Assembly: GCA_010405405.1 (NCBI GenBank)
Contig: MU004231.1
Span: 3,528,401-3,592,400 of the forward strand
From: Microthyrium microscopicum
Lineage: Eukaryota
Direction of reading: 5' to 3'
Length of the DNA: 64,000 nt
The position numbers were made by a program, and so were the translations under genes. The notes under the pieces were generated by a model. It did not search any database. It was not told the origin of the DNA and worked only from the letters and a program-made list of their open reading frames with translations. Positions 37,759-51,792 of this stretch are shown in pieces; the first letter of the stretch is position 1; each line of letters begins with the position of its first letter.

Positions 37759-40700
37759 CTACTCCTTAGTCTCCTTGGCCCGCTTGAACGCACCCGGGAC
37801 GTAACGACCCTTTGTTGGGGCGGCGGGAGGCAATGGAGAGGCATCACGCGCCTCGAATGGCGAAGCCACCCGCCGCTGAGTGGGCGGGTCTATAGAGCGC
37901 TCATCGCGCCGTTCGGTAGGCCGAACTCGTTCGCTTGGACGGTCACCACCACGAGCAGCTATCTATCCGTTAGCATAACATTCTCATTCTCGCAATACAT
38001 GGTACCCATCGCATTCGATGGTAAACATCACACTCGATGGGCAGTGCCCGAAATGTCCGAAAATGGGAAATTTACTTACCAGGTGGGACATAGGCCCCTG
38101 TGCGGCGGGGTGCAGCCGACTCTTCAGGAGCCGCACCGCGATTTGATGACGACGATCGCCATGGTTCCGCTGCAACCGGAGCGGTACGCGGAGCCAGTTG
38201 AATTCGGGGACGGCCACCAGAGGCTGCCGCAGCAGGAGCAGGCTCACCAGCACGTTTCGCTGCCAGTTTAGCAGCGGCACGCTCTTCGGCTGCCTTTTGA
38301 CGAGCAGCAACCTCGTCGAGCTTTTTGTTCTCCTCGTCACGTCTTGCTTTCTCCTCAGCCATACGACGCCGACGTTCCGCTTGTTGCTGCTCCCGCTCTT
38401 CCTCTTCAGCGGCTTTCCGCTCTTCCTCTTCACGCTCCTTGCGCTCTTTCTCTTCCCGCTCTCGCTTCTCTCGAAGCTTGGTCTCCCGTCTCTCGCGGCG
38501 GCGAGCCTCCATCTGTGACTCGAGTTCTTGTTGCGCTTTCTTGTTACGCTTTTCAAAGTCGGCTTTTCGTGACTGATATATCTCATCTCTGAACATATTG
38601 TAAATGGGGACCAGTCGGGTCAGACGATGTTTCAAGGCGACATCTTCCGTATGCTTTACCTTTGCTGCAGTTAATGTCTCGTCTTTGGCGTCTTCATAGG
38701 CCTTTAAGTCGAGCTCTTTCTGCGCGGCATAATCTTCGGGAAGATGCTTGATCTCTTCTTGGCGGAAGGCGCGTTCGATATGATCAATGCGACGACCAGT
38801 AGTGCGGAGTTTGTCGTGAAGCTCGCTCTTCTCTTTCTCAAGAGCGCGAATCTTGATTGAACGAATCTGGGCAGAGTCCAGTGCACCAACGTCAATTTCA
38901 GCGAGGTCAATGCCTTTGGTTCCGCGTTTAAGCTCTTCCAACGCTTTTTGAGCCTCCTCTTGTTGGACCTTTTGACGTTCAATCTCGATGCGGCGACGAT
39001 CACGCTCCTTCTGTTCATATTGAAGACGCTGTTGCTCGGCAGCTTGGGCCTCTTGTTGCTTGATGCGCTTTTGGGTCTCGGATTCCTTCTTTTGCTGGGC
39101 TAGCGATCTAGAGTTGGCCTCTTTCATACTGTCAATCTTCTTCTTGCGGGACAGAATATCCAGAGACTCTTGAGCAAGGCCCGCCAAAGCCCGCTTTTGA
39201 GCGGCTTCAGCAGCTTTGACTCGAGCCTCGTTGAAGGTTGGGTCGATGAATTGAACAGTGATGTAGAGGCCAGAGGCAAGACGTGGAACAAGGGAGCGAG
39301 TGATCTCGGCCGGAGTGCTTTGAAGCTGTGGCATGATTCCTGATTCGGAGTCGGCTGAGCCAGAAGTAGATCCGGGATGAAGGGCCTTGGCAGAGGAAAA
39401 GATATCCGAGTCGAATGTGAGTACACCAGTCGCATGATTGATGCGAATAGCAAGGTCGCCTTTCTTGCATCCATTCATGATAAATTTCTCAATGGTTGCA
39501 CGATCAACCTTGAAAGGCTCTGGGAATTGGGCGAGGTCCAAAACGAAATCCATACGCACAGAGTCGTAGACCTGGGAGAGCTGCTGGAAGAGACGGGTGA
39601 GAATGACTTGCTGCAAAGGGTGGATGTATTGCGCCATCTCTTCATCGGTACCGATTTTGCTGAGAATTGGAGAGATGCGCTTGCAGATTGAAAGCGGATG
39701 GAATTCAACCTCGAGGATATTGTAGAGCTCTCGAATTTCAGGACGGCAACTTTTGATCAGATCCTTTTTCACTGCTTCTTGGAAGAGCCACGCTCGTGTG
39801 AGGCCTTGCTGAGGAGTCATGCCCAAAAGGCCTTGAAGACGAGAGTTTTTTGATTTCCGTGCCTCATCTACATCAACGAGGGCGCCACGAGACCGTGACG
39901 TGCTGATAACAGGGATAGACAAGGCAGAGAGGAGAACGAAGGATGAGGCTCGAACTTTCTCGTCTTCCGTAATGGTCGGATGGTCTTTCTTGGATCCACC
40001 TTGAGCAAGTTGAGAGGCAGATTGTCGCAGGAGATTGTAGTATTTGTTCCAAGCAGCGGCATGGAAAAGGTAGTTCTCACTGACAAGAAAAATTCGTGTC
40101 AACTTCTCGAAATAGTTTGCCATCATGACTGGCTTGGGTGGGCGTTTGCTCAAATTTAGGAGCGTGTGGATATCTTCGACACTTCGGAAAGCCTCTTGCC
40201 ATAGTTCCAGTTCAACAGCAACATTCAATTGCTGGAATCGAGTATCGAGATGGCGTTGCAAGGTGTCCGCATCGTTAAGGTTGATGGCGTGCATTTGAGA
40301 AGAGAACTTGGCGGCATTTTGAAGATGATTGCGCAGTAGTTCACAGAGACGGCGGAACTCGGTCTTACGCTGATATTTTGAACAGAACACGAAAGCTTGG
40401 TGCGCCGTGCTCTGATACATCGGTTCTAGCCTTGAATTATTCTTCAAAATGTCCAAAACGGTGCGGTAAGTCTCCCAGAGAAATTTCAGCCAGGGGGTGA
40501 CTATGGCCCGATCGGTGCGGTCCTTAGACTGCTCTCCAGAGACTGTAGAGAGCAAGATTGATTCTGGAGTCTCCGTTGCCTCAAGGTCCTCGACACCTTT
40601 CGTCGACTCATCATTTTCTGATACTGTTGACGCAAGGATCTCGTCGGCTTTTGCTTGAGCCTCCGACACTTTCTTTTCGGCGAGCTCGATAAATCGTTTA

Positions 40701-41023
40701 AAGACCAGCTGTATATTGTTAGCTATTTTCGTCCCTCAGATGACGCGGTTACGTACTTGAATGGTCTGCGTGTTTGCATTTTGCGAGATGTTCTTGTACT
40801 GGTAGAGGCCATCTTTTGCCGATTTCCCCTTCTTTAAGTCGACACAAAGTTCAACAAATAGAAGGACCAACGGCTCTAACGATGAGATTGGACTTCCCCG
40901 AGTGCGCTTTGAGGTCAAGTGTTCGTGTAGTATTGTTAGAGCTTGCTGCGGCTGGCCAACTCCCATCAACTCCTGTGCCCGCTTCAGCATATTTTCCGGT
41001 TTCGAATGTGGAGGAGGCGGCAT
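37759..41023 (-). CDS. TIF32: Eukaryotic translation initiation factor 3 subunit A (~1031 aa)
   Basis: Exons 41023-40757, 40708-38080, 37958-37759. [50 protein letters not shown] domain, charged coiled coil, YVP repeats. Confidence 0.96.
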
Positions 41024-41897
41024 CTTGGCTGATTTCGGTCTCAAGCTCTTCTAAGTGAGGACGAAGCCGACGGATGAAAGTCGTTGGGCGAGGTTGAAGA
41101 TTGGGAGTAAGAGAGGCGGTTGATATACCTTCGGCAATTATGTGTGCGCTCAGGTAACTTGAACGCCAAGGCGACGGTCCCGCGCTAGGCTACTTTGAAT
41201 CATGGTTACTCCCAAGATTAGTAAGTCACCACCCGAACCAGTAGCAATTCTCTCTTTCTCAATTGGTCAGGTGTTCTCTGCGCTAGTACATATTGCGTTA
41301 GGCACAATTCAACCTCAACTCTCCAAGCTGGACTCTTTTGATATCAATATCGGTCGCCTCTAGAATCAATTGGCTGATCATTCTTGAAAAGAATGACTGC
41401 AACAGATTCTGAGACTCTGGCATAGATGTGCTCGACAGCCATACGTTCCACTTAGGCGCGCAACACTAAAGTATCAAAGCACCAAAAATTGAATGCCATT
41501 CACTTCTTATCATAGATTCATCGAAGGGGTTTAAATGCAAGATTAATTCAAGAGGCTGTCCCCAAGGAGTACGACACCTGCTATAGCACTAGTTGAAGTA
41601 AGCTTGCTATATCCCCTATCCTATTTCATCAACCAGCGAGAACCGGACGTCCTTGTTGAGCAATGAAACACCCGATAAAGAAGTGGTGATACTCTAGGAT
41701 TGTAGGAGACGTCGTACTCGATTCGACTCTCCCTCCACTTGGCTGAGTCCACGCTTGAATCACTTCATGTCGACTTGTAAACTCCGTCTACCTTACATAA
41801 TGCTACCATCATCTGCCTACGCAACCACCCAGCTTTCGCGGATCCGGTCTGAGAGCAAAATACCGGTACGTGAACACGATCAATTGCGGAGAGGCCT

Positions 41898-42073
41898 AGA
41901 GCCTTTTTAGGAATATATGGCCTGTTTGGGTCTAGCGGCATTTGCCAGCAGTGATTATGCTCTAAGCTTCTTCAGGAAAATAAGGCCTGTTCAGGTCTAG
42001 CGGTGCCTGTCTGCACCTATCATCGGGCTGGGAAATGCAAGGCCTCTTTAGGAATATGCAGAGCCTCTTTAGG
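41898..42073 (+). repeat. Cluster of degenerate direct repeats upstream of the GFA gene
   Basis: GGCCTGTT(TG/CA)GGTCTAGCGG at 41919-41938 and 41984-42003 (18/20 identical). GCCT(T/C)TTTAGG(AATAT) at ~41901, ~42042 and ~42063. Confidence 0.7.
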
Positions 42074-42302
42074 CTTAGCGAATCTTTTTGGATATACAAT
42101 CATGCTTCGAGAGTTTATTGGGATGCATGAATGGGTAACGGGGAGATGGGGAAAGAGGAGAATGACATCAGAGCTGAGTAGGTAAGTGGTAGGTATAAAG
42201 AGGAGCAAGATGCCAGTTGATATATCTTACATATCTCGATCCATTCCTCTCACACATCAATTTCTCAAAGCTTCACAAGAAAATCGTCAAACAACATTTG
42301 AT

Positions 42303-42870
42303 ATGGCTCCGAATATCCTACTCCCTTCCGAAGGTGCCCACGGCGAGAAAAAAGATGGAACAGCAACAGCAACATGTCTCTGTGGTGCCGTTCAACTCTC
42401 CTTCGTATGTCCTCCCGCTAAGCCATCAGTCCAAAACCATTCCTTCCACTAACACACATGTTCTCTCACAGCCAGTCCAGGGCGAAGACCTAGTAAACGC
42501 CTTCGTCTGCAACTGTAGTGACTGCCACAAACTCAGCTCCTCCATGTTCTGCTCAAACTTCAGCATCAACAACAAAGCGCTCAAGCACATCCGCGGCGAA
42601 GACAAGCTCAGCCACTATTCGCAAAACAAATCCGTTGCGTCTGGAGCTTCTATGGAAGACAGCTTCTGTTCCATCTGTGGCAATCTTATGTATCGGCGAA
42701 GTAGCAGATTTCCAACAATGAGTATTCTGAGAATTGGGACGGTGGATGACTTTGACTTGCATGCGTCGAAGTTAAAGCCGCAGTTTGAGCAATTTATCAA
42801 TAGCAGAGTGCCTTGGTTGGATGGTGTGCGGATTGAAGGTCTTCCACGCCATCAAGAGTCAGGCTTTTGA
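42303..42870 (+). CDS. GFA/CENP-V (Mss4-like) zinc-binding protein (~166 aa)
   Basis: Exons 42303-42404, 42472-42870. CLCGAV, CNCSDCHK, FCSICG, LRIGTVDD, PW motifs. Confidence 0.9.
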
Positions 42871-43099
42871 GGCCATGAATGTTGTGGGGATGGTTGGGGA
42901 AGGGCTTCTGGCAGTGTTTATTGTTGATATAATGCAATCATCAATATACTGACTCCTTGATATCTATTGCGCCCTTCACCGTTTTGATATCCGCTCCACC
43001 AATTCTCTGGGCATATTCGTTGTAAGGAACTAACCTGTTGGCGCATAGAATGTAGCTGAGATTGATTGTCGGTAACTCAATGTGTGAGCTGTAGCTAAA

Positions 43100-44920
43100 T
43101 CAGTCCAGTCCATGACGTGCATTGATCCATGAAACGACTTCAGAAGCCGTCTTCTTATGTTGGTCCGACGTGAATTGTGCTCTCTCAATCACCCACATGG
43201 AGAACAGAGCGAAAAGTCTTCCAGCCATTCTGCCCTGCTGTGGCATTCGCGGCCAGCCACTTCCCTGCTCCTGTGTAAATCCCAGGAGTTGCGGGAACGA
43301 TTCGATAACAGCAGCGGATAGAACCTCAATCCAATTACGCTGTGTTTGTATAGATGCGATATCGTGCTCATTTGGTGCTTGCTGGCCTTGCAGTGTCGTA
43401 GTGTAATTTATTACATTGACTATCGACTCTCGAAGAACGATTTGGCTTGCGATGTAGAAGTTCCATATGTAAGCCTACTCTCGCAGTTAGTACTGTGTAA
43501 TTGGCTTGGATCAGCTGGAGGTGGTTCATACTAGCCAGATATCATCGTAGCTTAGAATGCGCTGATATGGAAACTGTGGAATTGGAAAGTTGTGCAACTC
43601 TTCAAAGTCTTCCGGCTGCCTTATGTTCCTAGGATCACCAACTGTTGCTTTCCAAACTCCCTTCATCTCAGTCATAAAACTCTCGATGGTCAAAATGAGA
43701 GTGTGCATCTCTTGCATCATGAACATGGCTTGGTTGATCTTTGCAATTCGTATAGCTTCAGAATCTGTCGGAGTTCTCATCAGCACTTTGGCTGCCGCAC
43801 TAAGGATGTTCATATGGAGAACGTGAGAGCAGACTCGTAGATCCGGATGATCTATGTTTAACTTGCTAACCCACGCTATCTGTTGAGCGTCAGGTTCCTC
43901 TTGAAACAAGGTCTGCCAAGACTGAAGTCTGTAATGCGTTAAGCGCCAGAGAGAGAAGCGTGTTGGACTGTAAAGCTGCTTGTCGCCTCTTATACTCAAG
44001 ACATGCCGGATGGCGTCCTTATGAGGGCTGAGTGGGTCGTTGCGAGCAAGATACAGGAGCTACAGCACATGACAATCAGCGAACCCTGACGCTGGGGAGG
44101 TATGAAGCTGCCGTACCTCGAAGTTGTCGAGGAGAAGTATAGCGGAGAGAACACGGTCATTAGCAATATCGTTTTCGTTTGTCACTATTGTGCGTACACT
44201 GTTCAAAGCAGCGCCGTATTGCTGTCGTGCTTTGACATTAAAGGGCACGTTATCAATGCTCTGGTTCCTGACTTCTGCAAAAGCCACTGCGCGAACAGCA
44301 TGCCAGAGAACGGAATCTGGCTGTGTAGCAGAGTAAAGCGCCGGAAGATTGTGCATATGACCTTGGTTTTGTCAATCTCAAGCTAGCAAGTTTGCGCGGT
44401 ATGTGACTGCGAGTTCTGCTAGAACTCACCTGGAGATCCACCGTCATTGCTCGGATGTAACGTCCAATTAATAAAGAATCGCTCGATGGCTCTAGTCTCG
44501 ACATCTCTCTTCAGGGGCTCTGGTATCTCTGCGAGTGCTCGCTGATTCAGCCACAAGAATTGCCGTTGAAGAGTCTCAATGTCAGGAACATTGTCAGCTG
44601 CTAGTGCTTGGCGACCCCGTGGGACAATGCTAGATGAACTCGAAGCCTCGCCTGAACGGTTGAAACTCTGGCCTCGCTCTCCTCTTGCCCGCTTGGAGTT
44701 ACGTTTGGCCACTTCATTTTCGTCACGAAATACGAATAGATCATCCAGGGGTAGTCCAGAACAGATTAATCCTCGACTTGTACAGCGACCACAGGAAGGG
44801 CGGGCAAGATCGCACTGTGGTGATGATTAGTATATACATATGCGTAAAATACTTTTCTAAATTTCTGATTACTTGAATTCTTGCGGCTGAACATGGGACG
44901 CAAGCACGAACTCGGCTCAT
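43100..44920 (-). CDS. Zn(II)2Cys6 transcription factor (~526 aa)
   Basis: Exons 44920-44873, 44814-44430, 44361-44117, 44059-43532, 43474-43100. CVPC-x6-C-x6-CGRC-x6-C split by intron 1, followed by FRDEN; fungal TF middle region. Confidence 0.9.
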
Positions 44921-46374
44921 GTTCAAGAACTTGTCACTCGAAATTGGATATCAATTGAACCTTGAATATGTTGTTTTCACATACAGTGATCGTTCGAGGG
45001 GAGATAACAATTATGGGTCAGTTTGATCCATCTGTAAAACCACTTATCATGAATTGAACATGCATTCTTTGGCCACTCAATTTACTTTTATAGCCAGACA
45101 GGTTGATCTTGTTGTGCATCAAACCAAATGCTGACAAATGGCAACCTCCATATCATGAAAATTCATGATAGAGACATCAACGTAGGAACTTTGGCTTTTG
45201 TAGTGAGAAGAGTGTAAATAGTGAACGCGGGGACATATATGATGTAAGCAGCTAATGCCTTTGCAAAAGATGGAAACGGGAGGTTGGTGATAAAGGTGAA
45301 GTTGAGAAGAAAAGTCGACTATCACAGAGCTAGAGCAGAGTGACATCAATTGAAACACTGGGGTAACTTGATCCCAGGCGAAAAATCATGAAAGAAGCCG
45401 AAAGGGGCTAGCGCTCGATGATATGGTGATGGCTGAATGACACGATCGCGCATGGTAAGACGACTTGATCGATGTTTGTCGTACTATTGAATTTGATAAA
45501 AAGCAAGAGACATCATCTTCACCTCAATTACAACCAAAGGTTTTAGCCGTTTTATTACAAGTGGTTCAGCCATTACTCGTAGTCGCGTTAGACCAGGGCG
45601 TTGATGGGTTGTTAGATTAGCGCAAGCTGGTCAGAGCGCAGAGCTGCTTTCTGGGTGGTTGAACAAATGGAAGGTGCTGCTGGCAGCTGGCTGGAGCTGG
45701 TGCTTGCCAAGCCTGTCCATTCGCTGCTTCCCCAGCAAGCCCGTTCGTTGCTTCCTTACCAAGCCCAGTGCTGAGCAGTCGCTGCCGCCTTTGAGACTCG
45801 CTCTTTCTGCTTGTGCTTGCCTGCACCAGTGCACTTGCCTGCTTTTCCACGCATACTTTCTGCTTTGGGCCAACTACTCCTGCCTTGCCTACCTCAAGCA
45901 CTGCACTGCAACTCCTCCACCAGGGCACACCTCTCATCCCATCTCTCAACCAAAACCTTACCTTATGTTCCAACTTCCGCCCCACTAATTCCGTCCTTTA
46001 TCCTCTCTTTATCATCTATCTCATCTCAAGCAAGCAAGCAAGCGTCCTCAAGCCCGTCCAAGCAATTGTTCCTCGTCCTCCCTAAATTCGCTCCCCTTTG
46101 TACAACCCGCTTCCGCCCAGCCCAGCCTGTCGCGTCCCCGACCACTTAATCCCCCGACTGCATCCCTCAATCCTCCAATCCCGCACGCGAACAAACTTGG
46201 CCTTTCCGCTCCCACGCCGCCATCAACCTCCATTGAGGCCATTCATCATCACATCTACCAGCCAGTCTGAGGTCCTTTTACCGCCTGACTTTTTGATCTC
46301 CTTGTCTCTCAGGGCCGCCCCGCCCGAGTGACCTCAGTCCTTGACCCGAAATTGAATCCTGATCCATCGCCATC

Positions 46375-46777
46375 ATGATGTCTTCACTCTATGAGCCGAG
46401 AGCTATGGAAGGCGCTAGGAATCGCAAACAAAGCATGGCCGAACTTAAATTGCGTCGATTACAAGAGCTGGTGGCGCGATTGAGAGAAGATTTGGAACGA
46501 AGGCGGATACCGGTATCAGAAGCAGCAAACGAGTATGTTCCATCGCCAAACTTGCCAAACTCATCTCGGATATTTCGCTAATCGTAGTATCTTCACAGTC
46601 TCATCAATTACACTAAAAAAGAGCCCAAAGATTACATGGTACCATCATTGTGGGGATACGTAAGTTTTTCTATACTCAATTGATATCAGAGTCAGCCTTA
46701 CTGACCCATCATAGCCTGCTAGAGGCGAGGACCCATACACACCTCAACAAACGGGCGGCTGTTGTTCAGTAATGTAA
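46375..46777 (+). CDS. gpgA: Heterotrimeric G protein gamma subunit (~93 aa)
   Basis: Exons 46375-46532, 46599-46659, 46715-46777. KQSMAELKLRRLQEL, DYMVPSLWG, EDPY, C-terminal CCSVM CaaX box. Confidence 0.95.
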
Positions 46778-47521
46778 GAGATGCAAGAATGAGCGGATTA
46801 GATGGTCTTTTCGTCATCATCAAGGCGTTATGGGTCAGGGAAACGTTTTCAATCTCTTGTGTATTCCATCAAGTCTACTGGATCATTGGTTGATACGCTA
46901 TAATACCCACGCATGCCCTACTCTGCTTCATATGGAGCCGGTTTACGTTCCGGTTGATAGCTGAATAGGTTTGGATTTGGCGTCAAAAGCCGTGGGTGGC
47001 ATTCATCATTAACGACTGGTTGGAGGGACCAGCAAAACTTGCGATCGGTGCATTTTCGATGTTCGATAAGAAGCAACCGTCCGAGATTAATCGCAGTGTC
47101 AAACTCAAATAAATGTTTTAAATGCTAGTATTTCCTCAATTGTCATTGGTCGCTTACCAGATACCGACTGCAAAAAAATGAGTGGATTCGTCCGACCTTG
47201 TTTGTACTTTGTGTGCCAGAACGGTTCATGCTTTATTACTATTCCAGTACCGGAGGACAGGTCCGCTTCCTCAACATTGATATTCCAGCACTTTAATGGG
47301 ACAGGGTATGCATGTCAAGTCATTTACCTGCCCGTCATTGGGCCGGAAAAATCAACCAGGATATCGAATGTTTTAAAGTACCTACTACGTAGTGTCCTAT
47401 TTTCGGCCTCGTCAATGGGCTGGCAAGGCTGGTCACTCCGCTATAAAAACAACCCGATACCGGGTTTATCAACAACTCCAAACACTTACAACAACATAAC
47501 AAGTCGAATAAATAAATCATC

Positions 47522-48587
47522 ATGGCACACAGAGCAAGCGTAGGAATCATTTCAATTGGGGAGATGGGTTTGGGTGTCGCAAAGCTCCTCATATCACAAA
47601 ATTACCGCGTCTTGACAAACATCACAGGCAGGAGGTACGTACCGAACACATTCTGATATTCCAAACCACACTTCTCTCCAAAAAGAAACGCTTTCAAACT
47701 CTAACATCTGTCATAGCCAACATACCCAAGACCGAGCCAAAGGCGCCTCCGTCCAACTCGTCTCCTCAGACGCAGACCTAGTCCACCAATCCGACTACAT
47801 AGTCTCCATCGTGCCCCCCAAAGACGCCCTCGCCACCGCCGACCGCATCGTCTCCGCACAATCCAGCAAACCACGTCCCTCTGATGCTTCTCCCCTGTAC
47901 TATCTCGACCTCAATGCCGTAGCACCCAGTTCCGCGCTCGCCATTGCCGCGCGCTTCAAAGACTTGAGCTCCGCCATCCGCTTTGTTGATGGCGGCATCA
48001 TTGGTGGTCCTCCAAAAGCACCAGCAGATGGCGGCGATGCTAGTGATGCAGCTGCATGGACGCGTCCGTCCATCGTGCTGAGTGGCAAGTTTCCGCTGGT
48101 CGAGGCACCAAAGGATGGGAAACATATGGCCGAGTTGCTGAACACGAAACATGTGGGTGATGATATTGGCGTCGCTAGTGGACTCAAGTGCTGCTATGCG
48201 ACGCTCACCAAGGGATTCACTGCGCTGGCAATCCAGAGCTATACGACGGCCGCACGGCTGGGTGTGCTGGAGGAGTTACGGACTGAGATTCGTGCGACGA
48301 ATCCGGCGAACGAGAAGAGGGCTAATGGTGGCCTGGTTGGCATGGCGCCGAAGAGTGGACGGTGGGTGGCGGAGATGCACGAGATTGCAAAGACACATCG
48401 TGAGACTGGTGGGTGGGCGGATGCGGGTGAGAAAGAGGGTGGAGCTAGTGGGATCTTTGATGGAGCGGCGGAAGTTTATAGATATGTTGCGGAGGATACG
48501 GTGTTGGGGAAGGAACATAGTTTGAAGAGGACGAGGGGGACTACGGCGGAGGATGTGGTTGCTGCTATCAATGAGAGTAGGAAGTAG
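47522..48587 (+). CDS. 6-phosphogluconate-dehydrogenase-like NAD(P)-binding protein with DUF1932-type C-terminus (~327 aa)
   Basis: Exons 47522-47634, 47717-48587. Rossmann motif VGIISIGEMGLGVA, SIVPP, YLDLNAVAP, DGGIIGGPP, ASGLKCCYA, RWVAEM.EI. Confidence 0.85.
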
Positions 48588-50535
48588 GTTGTGGGATCAG
48601 AGATCCATAGCGGCATGTAGTATCGATAAATAAGATAGTAACTACTAGTAGCTGGTAGAAACATGATTTTTTCTTACCACAAATATGAGAACAGCGATAT
48701 CAAGAGCGTGAATCTCACCACAGACGGCGACGGGCTCTGCAGACTGAGCCATAGACGACGAGGCCCTTTCACAAGGTCTCCCGCATGTACAATTTTTCAT
48801 TCTAATATTCCCTTATAGTTTTGCCTGCCTCTTGTTGCTGCCTTTACTTGTCTGCCAATCGCTGGTCGATAGTCAAAGCACATGGTTGCGGTTCAATGGC
48901 CGATACTAATGGGCAGTGAGCTGCTGTGGTATCCTCGCCGCGTAGCTGTTATGGTCACGGCAGTAAGACGAAAGGTTGATGGCTTTTCCGCTTTCTTGTC
49001 CCAACGTCGCTTCTTCGTCCGATGCGTGTTTGGGTTGAAAAACACTACACGAGCCGGCGCCGAGGACAAGATATCTTTGAGAAAGGCTGGAGATCGGTGG
49101 CCTTCTTCCAACGAGCGTTGTTGGATCTAGTCAAATGAGCTGAAAGTCCCAGGCCACGGGGAAGTTCTGCAGCGCGAAAACGATGAGAACAGTTTTGAGA
49201 GGCAGATGAGTACTTCATTTCGTTGAAGTACGATATCGGCTTGGAAGGATCTCGAGTAGGCCCCTTTTTGAAGCATTACAAGATCAGACTGTAGTTGCAC
49301 CCACCAATCATCACTGTGACGGCCTGTGTTCGGTATAAGGCTAAAGTATAATCTTTTGGCTATGCGAGTATTCCAGATACAACAAAATGATCTTAGTTAT
49401 CGTTAGGAAGCTTAAGCTCGGAAGCGTCGAATGCTGCTTTTAGCTTTGGCATTCGTAAAGACTGCGATCGACGATTCCGTGCCTTGCAATTCAAGTTATG
49501 ACGTGCCCGCCTACCTACTTGAGTAGGTCGGCAGGGCGATAATCAGCCTGATGGTGACCGTTATATTCGACATGGTATAAGCGGTCAAGAATACGGCGAT
49601 GTATGGTTGGATATAAATAAACAAACAAACTTCGCCGCGGAGAACCCGAACCACCCTCTAGAGAAAGAAGGAAACACTACATGGCCCTTTTATGTAAGTC
49701 AATTGCGCCAAAAGACTGGGAGTTCTCCCTTCATAAGGATGAGCTCCATAATACTTGAAGCCCAAGTATTTTGCTGGAGTGAGAAAGATCAGGCATAATG
49801 TACATGTTTGACAACAACACTACAAATTCCGAAACCAGCAAAACGTCGTATGGTTACCAAGTATCCCAAGAAACCACTTGGACGCCAAAAAGTTGGCAGT
49901 GTCAATAGCTTGAATATAGAGTATTCGATTCAACCCTCAACATTTCTTTTACATCTCATTTTCTGGTAGTTGGTGTCTACATGACAAAGAAATAGCCATC
50001 ACTCCATGAGGTTCAAAGTTGTGGCACGAAGGTGACTAATTTGGAAATCCCCAGTGGTTTGAATAGATCAAGTCCAATCGTTCGTCCATTTCACAGCAAA
50101 TACGCCGCTCAGTAGGTGGGAAGTCTCCAGTATAAGTCACAAAACTTGTACGTTAGGGCCAAAGAATAGTGGAAACATCTTTGCCCAAGGCCCAATAGCC
50201 AAAGTCCTTTTTCTCTCTTGCAGTGTGCTGAACAGCGAGACGTTTCATATCTTGAACTAAGCTCTAGGCCTGCCTCAAGTCAACAATGCGTCAAGTTTCT
50301 ACTCTTAACTGCCCAATTATTAAACATGACCAAATCTGATCGGCATCATTCGCCTGAATACACTTAGTACCCCAGAGAAGTTTATAGAATACCTAAATGT
50401 GATGTGAGAACCAGTCATCCTTTATCCACGACTTACAACCTGTCACTCCAGCGTCAGTGAGCCGAATTCTGGTCGACATGAAAATTTCTCTCATATTATT
50501 GTTGTGAATATCAACTATAGCCCTTGACAGTGGGA

Positions 50536-51792
50536 ATGTCTCTCATGAACGATACATTCACAGCTTGGAGGATACCCCTCTATGTCTTGCTGGAATGGCC
50601 GAAAGCTGATCTCGAGCATCCTGTGATAAGGAGATGGTCAGTGCCGATTTATCTTGCGCTTTGGGCTCTTGGAACTGTGTGTCTACTGGGTCGGTCATAT
50701 GCTAGATATCAAGGAAGAGCGGGGAGACTAGCGATAGATGATACTATACTGGGGATTGCCTGGGTAAGTTCAGTGACTGTCCATGATGAACGAGCTGACA
50801 GGTCTTCAGATATTTGCCACGATATCAATCGTAACGAGCATATATGGTAGGCTTTATCAAGCAACTTCAACACATATCTAGTACTGACATTAGGATTAGG
50901 TGTCTTGGGAGCTGGCTTTGATCGCCATGTATGGGATGCTCTTGTCTTCGGCGGCCGTCAAGGCGTGGTATGGCTATCGATCTCGTGAGATATTCTATCG
51001 CTAACGAAGCCACAGGCCGCATGGGTCCATGAACTAACCTTCATCATCGGCTCCTCACTTGCGAAAGCCTCTGTTCTTGTCTTCTATCGTCGAATATTTG
51101 CTCCAGTCAAATTCTCCACGATGAGATGGGCAGTCGACTTTGCATTATTCATCACCTTAGCTTTCATGACCGCCATATCCATCAGCATCATTTTCGCCTG
51201 CTCTCCGGTTCATGCCTTCTGGGATGCGTCTAATCCGACCTACGGAGGGAAATACCATTGCTTCGATCGTCACATATACGACCCTATCAAAGGCTTGATC
51301 AGCGTCATAAGCGACATCTTTTGTCTTCTTCTACCACAAATTGTTATTTCAAGGCTGAAGCTAGAAACAGGCGCAACATTACGCTTGAGCATAATATTTG
51401 GGTGCGGGATCTTGTAAGATATCTCCTTCACGTTTTCACTGGGATGATCGCTGACAGAATGAAATAGAGCTACATTGGCTGGCATTGCTCGGACAGTAGA
51501 GTTAACACGACTCTACTCAGATCCATTGCGGGATCTTACATGTAAGTCCTAAAAATTCCCAAGCATCAACAAATGCTGATCACGTACAGGGGTTGGACAC
51601 GATGTCTTCCTTTGGGCAGAGGTAGAGATTCAACTGGGTATAATATGTGCTTCAGTCCCTATGATCACGACCTTATTTCGACCTCCATCACAAGCAGTAC
51701 AGGACATGATGAAGTCAAAATCGGCGGAGAGAGAAAGTCAACAACCAATAAATAATACCACTGTCCAGGAATTGTCAAATCTTAACCCATAA
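50536..51792 (+). CDS. PTH11-like (fungal rhodopsin-domain) integral membrane protein without CFEM (~335 aa)
   Basis: Exons 50536-50763, 50810-50846, 50900-50967, 51016-51413, 51468-51541, 51590-51792. DD, GFDRHVWD, KASVLVFYRRIF, CSP..AFWD, D...LLLP, EIQLGIICASVP. Confidence 0.88.

Noticed and set aside
45617..46331. Cys/Leu/Pro-rich ORFs upstream of the G-gamma gene
   Set aside because: Explained by low-complexity GCT/CT-rich promoter and 5' leader composition.
46375..51792. G-protein gamma plus PTH11-like receptor as a signalling cluster
   Set aside because: Separated by an unrelated gene and long spacers; PTH11-like genes are numerous, so proximity is probably chance.
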